From the NCBI GenBank assembly GCA_032718475.1, contig JAUCBJ010007426.1:62001-126000 (forward strand): a stretch of DNA of 64,000 nucleotides. The letters are read 5' to 3'. Below, one piece after another: positions 36,201-48,249 of the stretch. Numbering within the stretch: position 1 is the first letter of the stretch; each line of letters starts with the position of its first letter. Source of the DNA: Nemertoderma westbladi. Its lineage: Eukaryota; Animalia; Xenacoelomorpha. The translations under genes and the position numbers were made by a program. The notes under the pieces are model-generated. The model did not search any database, was not told the DNA's origin, and saw only the letters and a list, made by a program, of their open reading frames with translations.

Positions 36201-36514
36201 ACTTCGCTAGCAGTATAGATGCGTGTAGGCTCCACACCTTGCGCATGCGATACTTCAGACCTAACAGGTTGACACATTGTTACAGAGGGTGGTGGTATAC
36301 CCCTTTGAGTATTTACTAATTTATCGCGTTCTAGCGCGATACTTTGCTGCACTTCTTGCAACTCAAGCCTACTTTCCCTTACTGTGCCCTTGAATTGCTG
36401 AACAGTCTCCTGCATCTGCCCGAGCAGGAGATCCATCCCCCGCTGTCTCTCGTCCACCCATTCGACCGCCGAAGCGGGAGTCGCCAACGTTGTAGCGGGC
36501 GGACGAGGGACCAC
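30272..36514 (-). CDS. pol: E2 Gag C-terminal half plus PR-RT-RH-IN polyprotein, uninterrupted (2080 aa)
   Basis: All BEL/Pao motifs are intact in one frame, showing that gag and pol are a single ORF in this family. Confidence 0.95.
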   Translation of the reverse strand: MVPRPPATTLATPASAVEWVDERQRGMDLLLGQMQETVQQFKGTVRESRLELQEVQQSIALERDKLVNTQRGIPPPSVTMCQPVRSEVSHAQGVEPTRIYTASEVETPIVNPIKGNYRPVDNDIPYRTDHNPRNLYTDNSILNNTMAQESFTRQMARTEARQAVKVGEIVKFNGDEMKWLPFNEYYKDNIQNSVLSNGEKLRYLIECLEGSPKLMALKFIGHPDGLRQVWDTLNIRYGNRNNIAGYLYAKLVAPRKFISSGIIEFSDEIQEICRQLDWLGKSQEYQNAMVIRAVASTLPKGGVGTRWDKKVLYMMEQQRRDPTMADLMSFLDGEVKLQLLKLSREKTPENKVSEKPVSRRKVTPVCYTDDGESQTSQGEDSGKDTERSYYVNKMPKDQVSKFKSRANDRREQVRKTPPTSPKRIPVRKPEEKASVHNVTQNKVSNIKPKCALCDGTHHLNMCDEFLKKSLTERREVMWDKRLCYNCLRQGHQRRTCFSDIRCAKCGAKHHILLHAEFERNSPNQVSDSELHVQFSDVNDTDQSEMEGFYTDEFSDENESCYMINTAVYRALTYEKDTDSDFTLTTSERQPSWKEPSSNVGIREFPVVQVRVHGPKRSYVVNALLDSGSTGTFIDKELAEDIFAGQPKFQTKLNMSGIMQVWKSTITADYYVGALSTPQDELGEHSIRSVKMVAIKNFATTQADLYNWDEDESIQHLNIPRFQTDYPGVQILIGQNAHEALETLEKRPAQPQPLQTYAVRTRVGWYFTGPSRRTLRERLPQERVYQVSEWEDDTSEGDNLTKGTPYSSDNDDIHQLFDEENTIDLLKENEAWQNQVNLCQLLYPTEREAYNDELNDVIERCNAKTRDEHAVRFFTQEAVEPNSYDKALSVEEERAKQIQETTTRFLKDQGRYEVGLPFRKKEPKFINNRPLAEKRIAQLHRRLTANSSAKAMYQTQLEKFISKGYAERVPEETPVTERTYYLTHHYIPKPGKPHEVRVVFDGSALYMGQSLNSELLPGPNLLQSLLGILLRLRQYSIAFASDIEGMFLQVKVLDRDRDSLRFLWWPEGDLNQKPVEYWMTIQAFGIISSPSNACSVVRTTAEDNREAFSKEVIDNIKRDIYMDDNLKSLPSVEEAIEVAKGTVECLKRGGFRLTKFTSNSREFLESIPAEDRGAKDLDLIKDDLPETNTLGLKWDTERDILFFQLKQRDNPVRTKRICLSILSTYFDPLGFISPVILIARSLVQQMWLENHSWDDPLKGELLKKWMKWEDSLPAIEDFIISRSYFGHVLPTYSYQLHVFGDASDMGIGIVAYLRVETPDGIKVALVTSKALINNKLKVPRAELKAALYATAIGRNVTEQIDYPLEKTVYWTDALLVLEYITNEVCQFSVFVTNRVAIILSRTTMDQWRHCPGTINPADIASRGATPKELVNTPEWLGGPDFLYREEEEWPPHLTTAEIRQAKGAEKVKPKTRASKSKLFKPAVDLSVLFTSGEDALDQKPTATTREVLEIRDKDWKSGIPDIAQGLSPLLQRAIRHYSSWNRLCKAVTYLKRCFHHRYSGTKTNSDDAPSTSARVHVVKDLPKYKISDRFLKEKISYQEHDEINKQMLRLLQCYEDSDKYFLLLRNPQMRLRDRFSSTMIDGLIRVGGRLTNAPLSFDTKFPILIRNLDIQIKMIVDVHSKLYHAGRERVLSEIRTRYYFYKPRKALNQVLRNCIPCRKAFSRPLTQREAELPRERVSFYEPPFTNTGVDLFGPIEVYRARTIVKRWCVIFVCMTCRAIHLDMVNDLSTNSFVLSLRRQIARFGTSNTMRSDKGTNFIGANNEIQAYVKDWNKRQVDDQLKITASSWTFNAADAPWWGGSWERLIRSVKTAFHFIVPCRAYLTDELLRTLMEEIAAYLNERPLMPVSSNPDSLEALTPAHFLLKKPVAMLPRSEITDGDEYCRRTWQLMQLLSRRFADHFEKHYLPTLQLRTKWFAQQENFSAGDMVLIVDPDLPRKRWQTGRIIETYISSDGLVRSVELVVMRRNFKKPGIVFETQQLNRPVGRLCLLERDRELSGNYGRQETLPTTTSLIQPTSRDSPT

Positions 36515-38375
36515 GCACGGGCGACAAATCAGGAATATTTCGCTCGGGGTCCAGGACCTGAACTGTCTCCTGGGCAGTTCTACGGGGCACAGGTAGCTTA
36601 GTGCTATGCAGAGGGAATTTAGAGGTAGTTTCAGGGAGCACAGGTGTGTCTATCACCGAAGGGGTGATTTCAAGAACAGGCCTAATTATTTCAGGCTCAT
36701 CTACTATAGTAGGGAGTCTTTCTATTTTAATTATTTGGTCTGTGGGCTCTGTACTACCTAAGTTGGTGTTATTTAGTTGCCTTCTAACAGCTGGAGGCAA
36801 ATCAGGCAATTTCTGACGGTGGAATGTTCTTTTACGTCTGCTTAGACGAGATCTATTTCCTTTGCCTTCAGTATCGGTGGTATCGCCTTCCTCAGATGAT
36901 GTGTATCCCTGTCTTTTGGGAGTAGATCGATTCATCATCTGCATATTACTAGCTGTTAACTGTTTATTTATGCAGTCTTGATTCTCCTGAATGTTTTCCA
37001 ATTCTAATTGGGTGGTTTCTTCGGAAGCTCTCCGTTCTGCTTCTGCTACTGCCTCGGCCGCTGTTACAGCCGCCTTTCTTTCTGCTTCGGCCGCTGCCGC
37101 TGCCACTTTTCTTTCGGCTTCTGCCTCTGCCTCTGCCGCTGCCACTGCCGCTTTTCTTTCTGCTTCTGCCGCTGCCACTGCTGCTGCCACTGCCGCTGTC
37201 TTTCTGTCTTCTATACGTTTTTTCTTTACTTGTTCTTCTTGGACTCGTGTCAGGCGGAGTTGTTCATCAAATTTAGCCTGATTCGCAGCCCTCATTTCCA
37301 CATCGATGGCATCCAACACAAGCTTGGTTCCTTCACTATTAGGGCTAAGTCCCTCTAACCTTCTCCTCAACTCGTCATCACCTAAAAAACGTTGATAGTC
37401 TGACAGATAGATGTCAATGGCATCCCTCTTATGCGGTTTCTCTGCCGTCGCTTCACTTTCCACTTGGGAAAAAGTAGCGTCTGTTGATTCTCCATGGGTT
37501 GAGCGCTCCTCCAGCTGAGCTTTCCACTGAGCTGTTCCTTGAACCTGGAGACTCACCCTTTGAAACCAGGTCTTTACGGCAACTTGCAACGACGTGTCTT
37601 GCCTTCGTTTAGAAGCCTCCTCAAAGGCTGATAAGATTAGCCTGATTCGTAGAATTCTTTCTCTCACTTGATAAAGCAGTTGTCCCTGCTCTTGAGGTCC
37701 TTGTGGTTGGTGAAACAGTTGTCCTTTTACTCGCTCCATAGAGCTGAAGAATCCCTGTGCGTATCCGGCTGCGGACCTCTTCCACACAGCGGGATCTATG
37801 GTTTCTTTGGCTACTCCCATCTGGTGTATGTCTTCCCAGGCAGCTTCTGATAAATCAAACGGGAGTCCGGGTCCGGGGAAGTTCCATTGCGACTCGACCA
37901 TGGACTTCAGTTCTTCCCTTGTGTATCCAGCATAACTATCTCTAGTTGAACGCTGGCTTCTCGCCCAATCGATCTGGTGTTCTTCCACAGCGATCAATAA
38001 CCTAGTGAGTACGGCTGCAGGAAGGATGAGAAGGGGATCTGAATAAGCCTCATCCGTCATCCTTGCTCCGCGTTCGGGTGTCAGTTCTACCGTATCTACA
38101 CTACTGGAGCTGTCGGGCCGTTGAGAAGTAAGTTCTTGGCTCGCGGGTTGTTGCTGTTCCGCTGCTTCTTGGTCCCGTTTGACCTGAGCTCGAGTGCCTA
38201 TGATAGACCTACGATGTTGGACCAGCCTAGGTTCTTTTATTACTACTGGAGGGATGACTTTCCTCACAGTGGGAGGTGAACTGAACTTACGACTAGAAGG
38301 TTCTACGCCTCTATCTGAGTCGCAGATAGTTACATCTAATAAACTGTCTGACAGGTTCTGCTTAGTATCAGACAT
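36515..38375 (-). pseudogene. gag: E2 Gag N-terminal half, separated by one small-insertion frameshift near 36515
   Basis: MSDTKQNLSDS... is homologous to E1 4013 onward. E2 reads CCCGTGCGTGGTCCCT vs E1 CCCGTCGTCCCA (4 extra nt). Confidence 0.9.
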
Positions 38376-40598
38376 GTTTATGCGTACAGTTGAGTGTCTA
38401 CTGCTGTATTACAGTCTGAGCAAGTCTAGTAACTCAGTATTAACTGCTAGCCTAGTAATTAATTACCGGTACTGCTACTCAGGGTAGCGTGATATATAAT
38501 ATATTAGAATACCGGTATGCTTATAGTATATATAACTATTATTACAGACTAGGTTTATCACAGAATACCGGTATAATTTTAGCACAAATATATATAAATA
38601 TATAATAGGCCTATCGGGAATACCGGTATACAGCTTACAGTTTTGTAGTATATAATTATAATTCTGGAATAGAATTAATTACAAGTACCGGTATAGTTTC
38701 AGCCTAAATTTATAGAAATAAATATAATAAGCCTATCGTAAATACCGGTATATCAATTATTTTAAATAATTGAATTTCTGAATTTTAGGGTTACTTTGTT
38801 ACTTTACTTACTTTATTACCATTATTTGAGCAGTAATCCAACTGATATTGAGACCTAATGGTTGTATGGTAGGCCTACTATTTATAAATCGCTAGATTTG
38901 ATTTATAATATATATATACCCGTTTTAATGGGTTTTGTCAATGTTTGAAATAAATGTTATTATTTCTGGGGAGTAATCACTACACAAAGCGGTGCGCTTT
39001 CAGTGAAGTGTTACTTATAGGACACTAAAACAAATAATGCTAATTTACCTAAGTTACTTAATACTACAAATTACGTACAATTCGGGTGAGATTACAATCT
39101 CTAAATAAACACAAAATTTACAAAAAAAAACACAAAATACGAATTTTCAGGGTAATTTTACAAGAAGTCTACAAACCAGCCTAACAAAGGGTTAGAAATC
39201 TGGTTATTACAACGGACAGGGTACTGCGGTATTTGAAAATAATACGTAGTAGTAAATACACTGCATTGTCCAGATAGGAAAATACCACCGCCTGACGACC
39301 TATAGCCGTATCGCTACAGGTACTACGTTATGTATCACGGAGTGTTCCTACCTAGAAGTTAATAGAGCTAATCGAACGTGCCTATCAACCACTTTACAAC
39401 ACAAATATAATGCCTACACTAATTACTTTCGGAAAGCACTGTACACTAAACCCTAAATTAGGTACGAGTACTTGTATAACATATAATCTGTAGTTAAATA
39501 TACTTGAACAGCTAAAAGAACCACGGCATCTGCTGGAGTGACCGATGCACAAAATCACCAGTCTTTACCTACGCCAAGCAGCCCGTGTAGTACCGGGGTT
39601 AATTTAACTATAGCGGTATGTATAACAAACACAATTATTGTAGGAACAAACTTGGGGAATGAATGTTGCGAATAATCGCATAAACTCTGAATAATAAATA
39701 TTACGCTACGCGTACAAACCACTCAAACAAAATGCAGACCGAATACTGACAGACTACTATCAAGCCTAAATAAACTACAGGACATGCAGACTCCGAAATG
39801 ATTAGGTAGTATGCGTTCTAACCCAGTAGTACGACTTATTCTTTAGTTGGAGGTTTACCTTACAGCATTCGCTGCCCCTACTTCCTAACCGTTCTTTATC
39901 GGACAGGCTCTACACACACTGCAATCCGTTCAGACCTAATAACAGCCAGACAACTATCCAGCCTACAAATTATCTAAATAAATATTATACGCTACCCGTA
40001 CAGACTTACACAAACAAAGTACAGACTCAACGATGGCAGACTACTCTCAAGCCTAAATAAACTACAGGACATGCAGACTCCGAAATGATTAGGTAGTATG
40101 CGTTCTAACCCAGTAGTACGACTTATTCTTTAGTTGGGGGTTTACCTTACAGCATTCGCTGCCCCTACTTCCTAAATGTTCTTTATCGGACAGGTGATCA
40201 GACTTAACAGCAATCAGACAACAGTTCAACCTACAAATTGTCTGCACAATCTGATCAGGCTTACACGCCTTCTGCTCAATACTGGCCTACAAATAAATAA
40301 AACTGACAGAAATAAGTAAGCTCCAAAAGAAACAAGGGGTGTACAGTCCCTAATTTCTTAAACAGCCCACCGGTATACAACAATCAAATCGAATAATACT
40401 AATGTACTTATACGGGAAGTACCGGTTAGGACAGTTAGGCCTACGGACCTACAGAAGTACCGGTTCTGTGCAGTTGGACCTACGGACCTACGGCAGTACC
40501 GGTTCTGGCGGTTGGGCCTACTGACCTACTGAAGTACCGTTCAGGTTTACCGGTTGACCGGTACTTTCAACTTTATTGCTTACTGCAATAAAGAAGCA

Positions 40599-40609
40599 AT
40601 ATCCGTTAT
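40599..40609 (-). promoter_or_regulatory. E2 non-tRNA PBS ATAACGGATAT
   Basis: Abuts the 5' LTR. Reverse complement of the LTR motif ATATCCGTTAT (41339-41349, minus strand). Confidence 0.78.
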
Positions 40610-41766
40610 TGTTCGCGCTTTCAGACCTTTGGCAGTTTAACCCGCCAAATTATGATGTCTTCTAGATAATAAATCACTTTTAGCCTATGACAAGTATTTA
40701 ATTCACTACACTAGTCGAAACCAATCTGTGCGCGATCATTCACCCGCTGGATATACCCGGGAGATTGGGTTCGACGGCTTAATCTTATTGCTATGTAAGC
40801 CTAATGTATTATTCGACTGACAGTATTATATAATCTCTGACAATATTATTCACCTTCGGGGAATATTAACAGTTCCTTTAGGACGTGGCGCTCTATCTAT
40901 ACAAACAGAGTTATGACTTAAACTACTCACAACGATATGGCTTAGTTATAATTCACATATATGGCGCATTCTTTAGGAAATGCTTCGTTATCAGGCTCAC
41001 TCATACACAATGCTGCACAATACTGCACACTGATCTGCCGATCTTCACTGATTTTAGTTATATATAAAAGGAACACGGACCGACTCATGTAGGGTCTATC
41101 AAATAACATTAGATTCACTTCAAACCACTTTAACATAAGTCACAATCGTTATATGTAACCTTTCTCTCTTACCTTCGGTATATCAAGAATATTGGGTTTC
41201 GGGGTTATTTATCGTTATTCCAAATATAATAATTCATCAACCATATTATGAAGAACTGACAGTAAATAGCAGTATAACAATATAAAAGTATGCACAGTGA
41301 TTCAGTGTGGATTGTTTGGTTTGTTTTGCAATGGTTTGATAACGGATATATGCCCTTTATAATTAAGCCTACTAGTGTTAGACTAAAACAGAAAAGCACA
41401 AAATATTTACAAGCCGTTCTCTCCTGGCTCAGGACAGAAAGACCAACAACACTGAAAACTGATAAGAATAACCTTATTTACAAAGGCTTCCACCCAACGC
41501 AGAGAAAGAGCATACAGATAGGAAAATTCAGTTCAGTAGATCTGTGATAGGTCGAAATCAAAATCAACTCAAATCCTATTGGGAGATACTTTCCCAAGCT
41601 GGTTGGACAATCAAACGTAGCCCAGATCCCTTCGCACAGCAAATCAGCCAATCAGCCGGTAGCTTGCACTATTCGAGTTATAGATCCCCTTTTAGAGTAT
41701 TCTAGCGCTTGGGGGGGAACTGTTTAGCAAGGCAAACGAATCAGTTATCCCACAAAAGCTTTTACA
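40610..41766 (-). repeat. E2 5' LTR
   Basis: TGTAAAAGCTTTTGTGG...GCGCGAACA on the minus strand. Confidence 0.97.
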
Positions 41767-41771
41767 CCGTT

Positions 41772-44700
41772 TATGCATTTGCTTGAGTTTGTGAAGCCTC
41801 GTGAGTACCATCCTCTTGTTGTCAGGCAACGGTAACTTCGGCTGTTTCCATACCATGCCTATGGTGTACCATCCCTCGTCGCATCTCATCGACTCCTTCA
41901 CACTCTGTACTGCCTGTTTATCCTCTACCAAGGTTCCGACCCCGGTCTCTTTCAGTCCTTAAAAATCCTGCCTCAACAGTCTCTTCAGCTGCTCCTCTGC
42001 TCCTTCATCTTCCATCTAACTCATGGTTCCCGCAAACATGCACCCCGATGTCTCCGACATCCTAAATGGAATTTTGGTTTTGATTGGGCCGCTTAGCGTC
42101 CATCCGAATGGTGTGAGAATTGCCATCGGATCACGCTGTCTGTCTTCCCCGAAGATCGTCTGTACTCTCTCGTGGGCCATCGGACAGTCCATCCCCACTA
42201 TGATGGATACCTTCCGGACGTCCACTTCCGGTATCGAGAAATCAATCTCGTCCAGGAATCTGTATTGCTCGACATCGATGTTAGTTGGTCGCCTGGCGTT
42301 TATGTTGATCGATTCTATTACCTGGATGGGGTCGATGGTCGCCCCATAGTCACATCCCGGTGCTATTGCTGATATTTCGCACCTTCCCGTCCTCATCTCC
42401 AGGACCTCATCCTTGCTGGAGATAGTAGTTACCGCCATCCTACTTGGCCTCGTCTGTAACCCCATCCACTCGGCTACCCAATTCTCCACCATTGTGAAGG
42501 CTGCTCCGCTGTCGACCAGCATCAAGGTGGTTACTGATCGTCCGCCCTCTCCTATTACCCTCACTGGTACCACCCCCAGTAGTACCGTTCCCCTTTTCTT
42601 CGCTCCTATGGTGCTTGTCGCCATTGTTCGACCTTTGCCTTGACCGAATCTTACTGGTGTCTCCTTACACTCTTCAACCTTGTGTCCTCCTACCATGCAT
42701 TGGTGAAAAACTCCATTCTTATCCGCATAGGCTTTCCGATCTTGTTCAGGTAACGCCTGCCAATGCTTACAGTCCATGGTCTTATGGGTTCCGTCTTTAT
42801 GCAACTGACATTTGTATTCTGGGTTGTAACGTTCCCTATATAGCCCAACACGTATTGCGCATAGGTTCACGTCTACCGGTTTAGTGTTTTGGTTATTTGG
42901 GTTTGGCCTACTGGGTGTGTTGGGATTATATTTGTTCATGTTGTTATTTTGTCCCTGTTCGTGCCACAGTCTGGCCCCACTCCCAGCTATCTGTGGACTT
43001 GCAGTCCCCTGTGTCGCCGCGTATGGTAGGGATTATCTTAATTTTGGCAACGCATTTGCCGCATTATGCTCTGGTTTCGGCCTGTTGTATACGGCCCTCG
43101 GCGCCTTCCCCAGACTATCTTCGCTGTAGACTGGGTCCGTGATCAACTCTGCTTGGTAGTTGAGGAAGTTCGACATTTCCTCTAGGCCCGGTTCCACACC
43201 TTTCTTCTCCCGGGTGGAGAAGGCGATCTTTCTCCATATATTGCGTAGCCAGATCGGCAGTGCCTGCGCTATCGTGGTGATATTATTAGATGCGTTGAGT
43301 TTGTATGGCGCGTCTAGCGTTTTCAGCACGATCAACGCCTTTTCGACCTTATTCGCGAAGGTATTTATGCTAACAGGGTTATCCTGTAGGCCACCCGATG
43401 TTATCCCCCTTAAGGTCTGCCGGATAATCTTGACAGGGTGTCCGTATTCCCTGTCTAGGGCCCGCCATGTAGTCGTGAAGCCACCCTCGATGCCCTGATA
43501 CTGCCTCACGATGTCATACGCTGGGCCTCCTGTGTATACCTGTAGATATTTTAGGCACTCCGCCTGCATCAGGTTCTTAGTTAATATCTCGTTGCTGTAC
43601 ATGCTTCGGAATTGCAGGTATTCTTCCGGTCTGCTTCTGTCGAATTTAAATGACTCTACTGGTGGTAATTCGATTCTGGTCTTGAGCGCATCGATAAGTG
43701 TTGCCATTCCCATTGCCTGTGCTTCCAATGGGTTCGAGGGATGCTGTACAGATTCTCCTGTTGGGTGCGGACCGCCCGTCGGGCCTGTTGACTTTCTTTG
43801 CGTCGGATATACCATTGGGGGTAATGGCCCCCTCCATATCTCCGTGTCGCAAGATCTGTTCTCGTCCAGGGGGTTCGATGTTCTTATTCCCGCTTGAGTG
43901 TATTGTTGATATTGTAATGAGGGAATGTCACCCTACCCCCCCCCCCCCCCCACCAGTATTATGTTTGGTACTGGGGTTGATGTTAATATATTGGGGCCCA
44001 TACACCTATCTGCAATAACTCTTCCCTCCCCTGGATATATGTTATGTCCCTGCATATTATAGTCATACTGCTGTGCTGGTACCGGTATAGGCCTTCCCAC
44101 TTCTTGCCTGCCTACTGGTATATACGCCGCGACTTCCGGATCTAATCCCGTCGTTCGCGATACCCTATCGCCTACACTATCTCTCCCAGCATGGCCTATA
44201 GTATGTGCAGTAAGGCCTACAGTATGTCCTGCAGTCTGTATATGTCCTTCCGGACCAAAGTTTAACCTTCTCGAATAATCCAAGAAGTCCTCCCCACGAC
44301 TACCAGCGATCGGCAGCTATATCCCGTCGGGAAGTTTCTCTTCAATCCCCTCTCCTGTTCTCGTCCCCGTACCGGTACATCCTGTACCCCTCTCCCGGCG
44401 CGGCGTATGATATATCTCGCCAGGCTGCGTCTTTCCGGGGCGACGGCAATCTCCCGGAGTTCGACCCCACTGACTCTCCAACTCCATCTCTACTACCGAC
44501 GGCTCGCTATCCGTCCTCGCTCTCCGGTCGCTTGTAGCGACGCTTCTTCTATTCTCTTCTCTTCTTCTCTCTTCACTGTAGCGTCCCCGCTCATGAGATC
44601 TCTCTTCGACCTCCCGGTTAAACTCCACTGTTCTTCTTCCGTCTTCCGACTGGGCTCGATGTCTCGTCACTCGCCCGCTCACGACGCCAGCCTCTCTCTC

Positions 44701-46312
44701 TCTAGCCGGTTGGACGCTGCTGGGGATATTCGTAATCCCCCTACTATTCTCCATCACCGGGTGCTGCGGTTCACCTAACTCGCCCCGCGCATTATCCGCC
44801 GACGCCTGTGGGACATTCTCTGCCCCCCCCCCCTCTCGCCACTAATCTCCTGTGGTGGGGCGCTCGTAGCCCCCCCCCCCCCCCCCCACTCACCACCTAT
44901 TGCTTCACTATCTCCTACTTCGCTTCTACGCCCCTCTCTAGTCGACGCACTATCCCTACTGCGGCTGGGTCTATTCACCCCCGCCTCTCCCTTTACCACT
45001 GCGTGGCCTTGCAGGCTCCTGTCGGGTTGACTCACCCCCGCTACTCCCTGCGTACTAACTACGTGGCCTTGCAGGCTCTCGCTGGTCGGACCACCTATGT
45101 CTGCTGCGTTCATATTAATAGCACCATTATCAACAATATTATTGCCTAAATTATTTAAATTATTTGAGTTATTCTGTTCGGAATTCGGATTATTATTATT
45201 ATTATTATTATTGCATAAGCCCCCTTAACCGGGCATGCATATCATCCCGCATACGATTTCCCGCCCTCTCTCTCTCTCTATCCTCCCGTAAACTCTGGTT
45301 CGCTAATTCTGCCTCCCTCGCCCCCCGCTCTTTGCGCTCGTTCTCTATTCTCGTCTCTCTCTCTTCACGCTCTCTACAGTTTCTCGCCACCCTCTCGGCC
45401 CTCTCTTTACACTCTCTCGCTAACTCTCTCTCTTTCTCTAATAACGCGGCTCCCTCCTCCAGTTATCTCTCCAACTCTTTCTGATCCAGCGCCACCATGT
45501 CTAGTTGACAGGCCAGATCTATCTCTAACACCCTTCTTGTTTTTGCGGAGGATGTAGCGGACTTATCGGTCGCGATGGACTCCCGTCGCCTCTCTGTCCT
45601 ACTAACTTTCCCCCGCTTTCTGGGGTTCTCACTAACCGACGAGACCGAATCCTCGGGGTTAACCTCGGGTTCGCCCTCGTGCGGATCCGCCCAACCCACT
45701 AAACTTAATTCCCCTGGCATCCACTAAATACGGCCCTACATACACTACTTCAGGCTCCATAACCCTGGATCGCCACAGTTCGAATAGTTCGGTGGCGACC
45801 CCCCTCGCTCTCTCACTCGCCAGTTCTCCCTGCCCAAAACGGACCAGATACCGAAAATGTTTGTTCGACTCACCTAGCCGTTGCTGTAACTTGGGCTGGT
45901 TTACCTTCTCTCCCTCTCTGGCCTCCTATAGCAGTTTCTTCGTGGCATTGTAGGCCCATTGTAGCCGATCGCTGGTCCCGACGTCCTCTTCGCCAACATC
46001 TCCTCCTCCTCTCCTGGTTCGGCGTTGTACCAGCGGCCCCACCGTCGCCGTTCCGGTGGGCCGTCCATCGCCCTCGGCCTGTGGCTGGCCGGCGACTTCG
46101 GTACTCCAACCGCCGTCGTTCATCGATTCGTCCCTCTCTCGTGGTTGATGGCCGCCCTCCGCTTGGGGTACCGGATCGTCCCTCGTCGGCGAATCCGGCA
46201 TCGCAGGTCGATACCATCTCATCGCGGCCTCGCGGATCGTTTGGTTGGTGTCGTCCGGGGTCCGCGGCGGCGTCCTCTCTCCCTCTGGATCTCGGGGCTC
46301 TCTATCACTCAT
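41772..46312 (-). pseudogene. gag: E4 gag-protease, multiply frameshifted
   Basis: Starts MSDREPRD at 46312. Contains an FKFDRSRPEEYLQF capsid-like region, a CQLHKDGTHKTMDC knuckle and an LMLVDSGA protease motif. Several breaks fall at poly-G runs. Confidence 0.88.
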
Positions 46313-46357
46313 CTTTGCTTTATCTCTTCCTGGCAGTCACAGTTTGTAGCAGTTGGG

Positions 46358-46368
46358 TATTGTCTTAC
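46358..46368 (-). promoter_or_regulatory. E4 non-tRNA PBS GTAAGACAATA
   Basis: Abuts the 5' LTR. Reverse complement of the LTR motif TATTGTCTTAC (46557-46567, minus strand). Confidence 0.78.
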
Positions 46369-46959
46369 TGTGACGGGATCAAGGGATCCCGACCGGGTTA
46401 TGTTGTACGCGTCACAGCAGGCCGATGGGAAAATGTTTGAGTTCGATGTTCCTTCGTTCCGATATATATAATAATATGCGTAGTGATAGCACAGTAAAAT
46501 GATAGGACCGGTAATAGCGATATAATATGACAGCATATAACAGCACTGTGATGACAGTAAGACAATAATGCCGGTCTGCACTGAAACTGACAATTTGGTA
46601 ACTGAATAATAAATCAGTATGTTTGGGATAATATATGTGTGATTACTTCACCCCTACATTACTTTGGCCTCCTACCTAGTGGATGCTCTCCTTCGCCCCT
46701 ATTGGCTAATAACCTACTTCACGCCTTTGCACTCTCTGGGAGTGTTTCCCCCATGTTGCTATCCCCTGCTAGCTGTCTCCCCTCCGAGGTGGTTTGACCT
46801 CTAACCTCCCTTTGTGTGTGGCTTCGGGGTTTGTACTGTCCCCCATGTTGGTTGTGATACGAGATTAGTTACTGCTAGTCTCGTATCTCCAACATATTGC
46901 TGAAAATGCCACTATCCACATTTTATGAGGGTAATGAGGCGGAATTGAATCCGCTTACA
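46369..46959 (-). repeat. E4 5' LTR (591 bp)
   Basis: TGTAAGCGG...CCCGTCACA on the minus strand. Confidence 0.95.
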
Positions 46960-47216
46960 AGTACCAATAGAAAGCTGTCCGTGCAAGGATTCCAAATATG
47001 TAAAAATATTTGAATTTGGTTGGGAAATAGCTGAGTTATGGGAATTTGAATGTTTCATGTATTTGCTTCCGCTTCAGGCCATTTACATAAATACACCATG
47101 TTCTAGAACAGTTTGTTTATCTCATAAGTAGCTGTGCAACAATGCATTGCCTATATGATAATAATAATTATAATATTTAATTAATAAAGATTAATTAAGA
47201 GTATATTGATATTCTA

Positions 47217-47692
47217 AGGCCCCCCTCACACGGAGCAACTTGTTTCCGCAACTTGTTTCTGAAACTTGTTGCTGGACCCCCTCACACACAGAAACTTGTT
47301 GCTGCAACTTGTTTCCGAAACTTGTTTCTGTGTGTGAAGACTCCAGCAACAAGTTTCTGCAACTTGTTTCCGCAACTTGTTTCTGTGTGTGAGGGAGTCC
47401 AGCAACAAGTTGCTGGAAGTTCTATTCCCAGCAACTTTTTGAAAAACTTTTATTACATTCCATTTTTTTGATACTAGCTATTATTAGATAATTTGAGTGA
47501 TGTGATATTATATATAAATGACTGGACTTGTTAGCTATTTATTTGCAAATAATTGTTATTTTCTTCAGCAACAAGTTTCTGTGTGTGAGGGGGTCCAGCA
47601 ACAAGTTGCAGCAACAAGTTTCTGTGTGTGACGGGGTCCAGCACCTTCAGACACAAGTTGCAGAAACAAGTTGCTCCGTGTGAGGGGGGCCT
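47217..47692. mobile_element. MITE (PIF/Harbinger-like termini)
   Basis: TIRs AGGCCCCCCTCACACGGAGCAACTTGTTTC and GAAACAAGTTGCTCCGTGTGAGGGGGGCCT flanked by TA. Internal GCAACTTGTTTC subrepeats. Confidence 0.85.
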
Positions 47693-48249
47693 TACATAAG
47701 CAAAATGTTCTAGAACATTGTGAATTTATTAAATAGAATAATTGGCGTGCAGCATTTGCAAATAAAGGCATCATTCGAATGCCCATATCTCATCTACTTC
47801 CCAACTAATTTCAAATATTTCTATTCCAAAATTGTAACATTACTCAACGCCGTTAGTATTAACAGCGAGTTGTTATTTAGCACTTTACAACTTTAGAGGA
47901 CATTACAGCATTGTATTAGCCTGTTCATTTAGTATTCTATTTGGTGTTATCAGTTAAGCCCCCTTAGTGGACATTACTTAACGCCGTCATTTGTTACCAC
48001 GTAAACAATATTTGCCTGACATCCAGATAGGCCTACTGCATTGCCTACCGGTATGCGGGGCATAGCTATTAATATCCAGTAGCTATATTATTAACATGGC
48101 TCCAAGCACCACCATAAATAAAAGCTAACTTATTTATAACATAATTTATGTCATATTTACATTTTTTTATACAGCAACTAATTTAATTTGTGCAGTTTCT
48201 ACCACTTATAATATATATACAATCATTTCGTAATATGATAATTTTGGAA

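Larger units (their letters stand above)
25862..41766 (-). mobile_element. E2: full-length BEL/Pao LTR retrotransposon, family A, nested in E4 pol
   Basis: 1157-bp LTRs at 25862-27018 and 40610-41766 (about 3 differences seen), TSD CCGTT (25857-25861 and 41767-41771). Confidence 0.97.
20660..46959 (-). mobile_element. E4: BEL/Pao LTR retrotransposon, family B, degenerate, interrupted by E2
   Basis: LTRs at 20660-21244 and 46369-46959 (TGT...ACA), TSD AGTAC (20655-20659 and 46960-46964), fragmented gag-pol. Confidence 0.95.

Noticed and set aside
45110-45210. AT-rich intron or insertion in E4 gag
   Set aside because: It reads as an Asn-rich stretch in frame with the downstream gag fragment on the minus strand.
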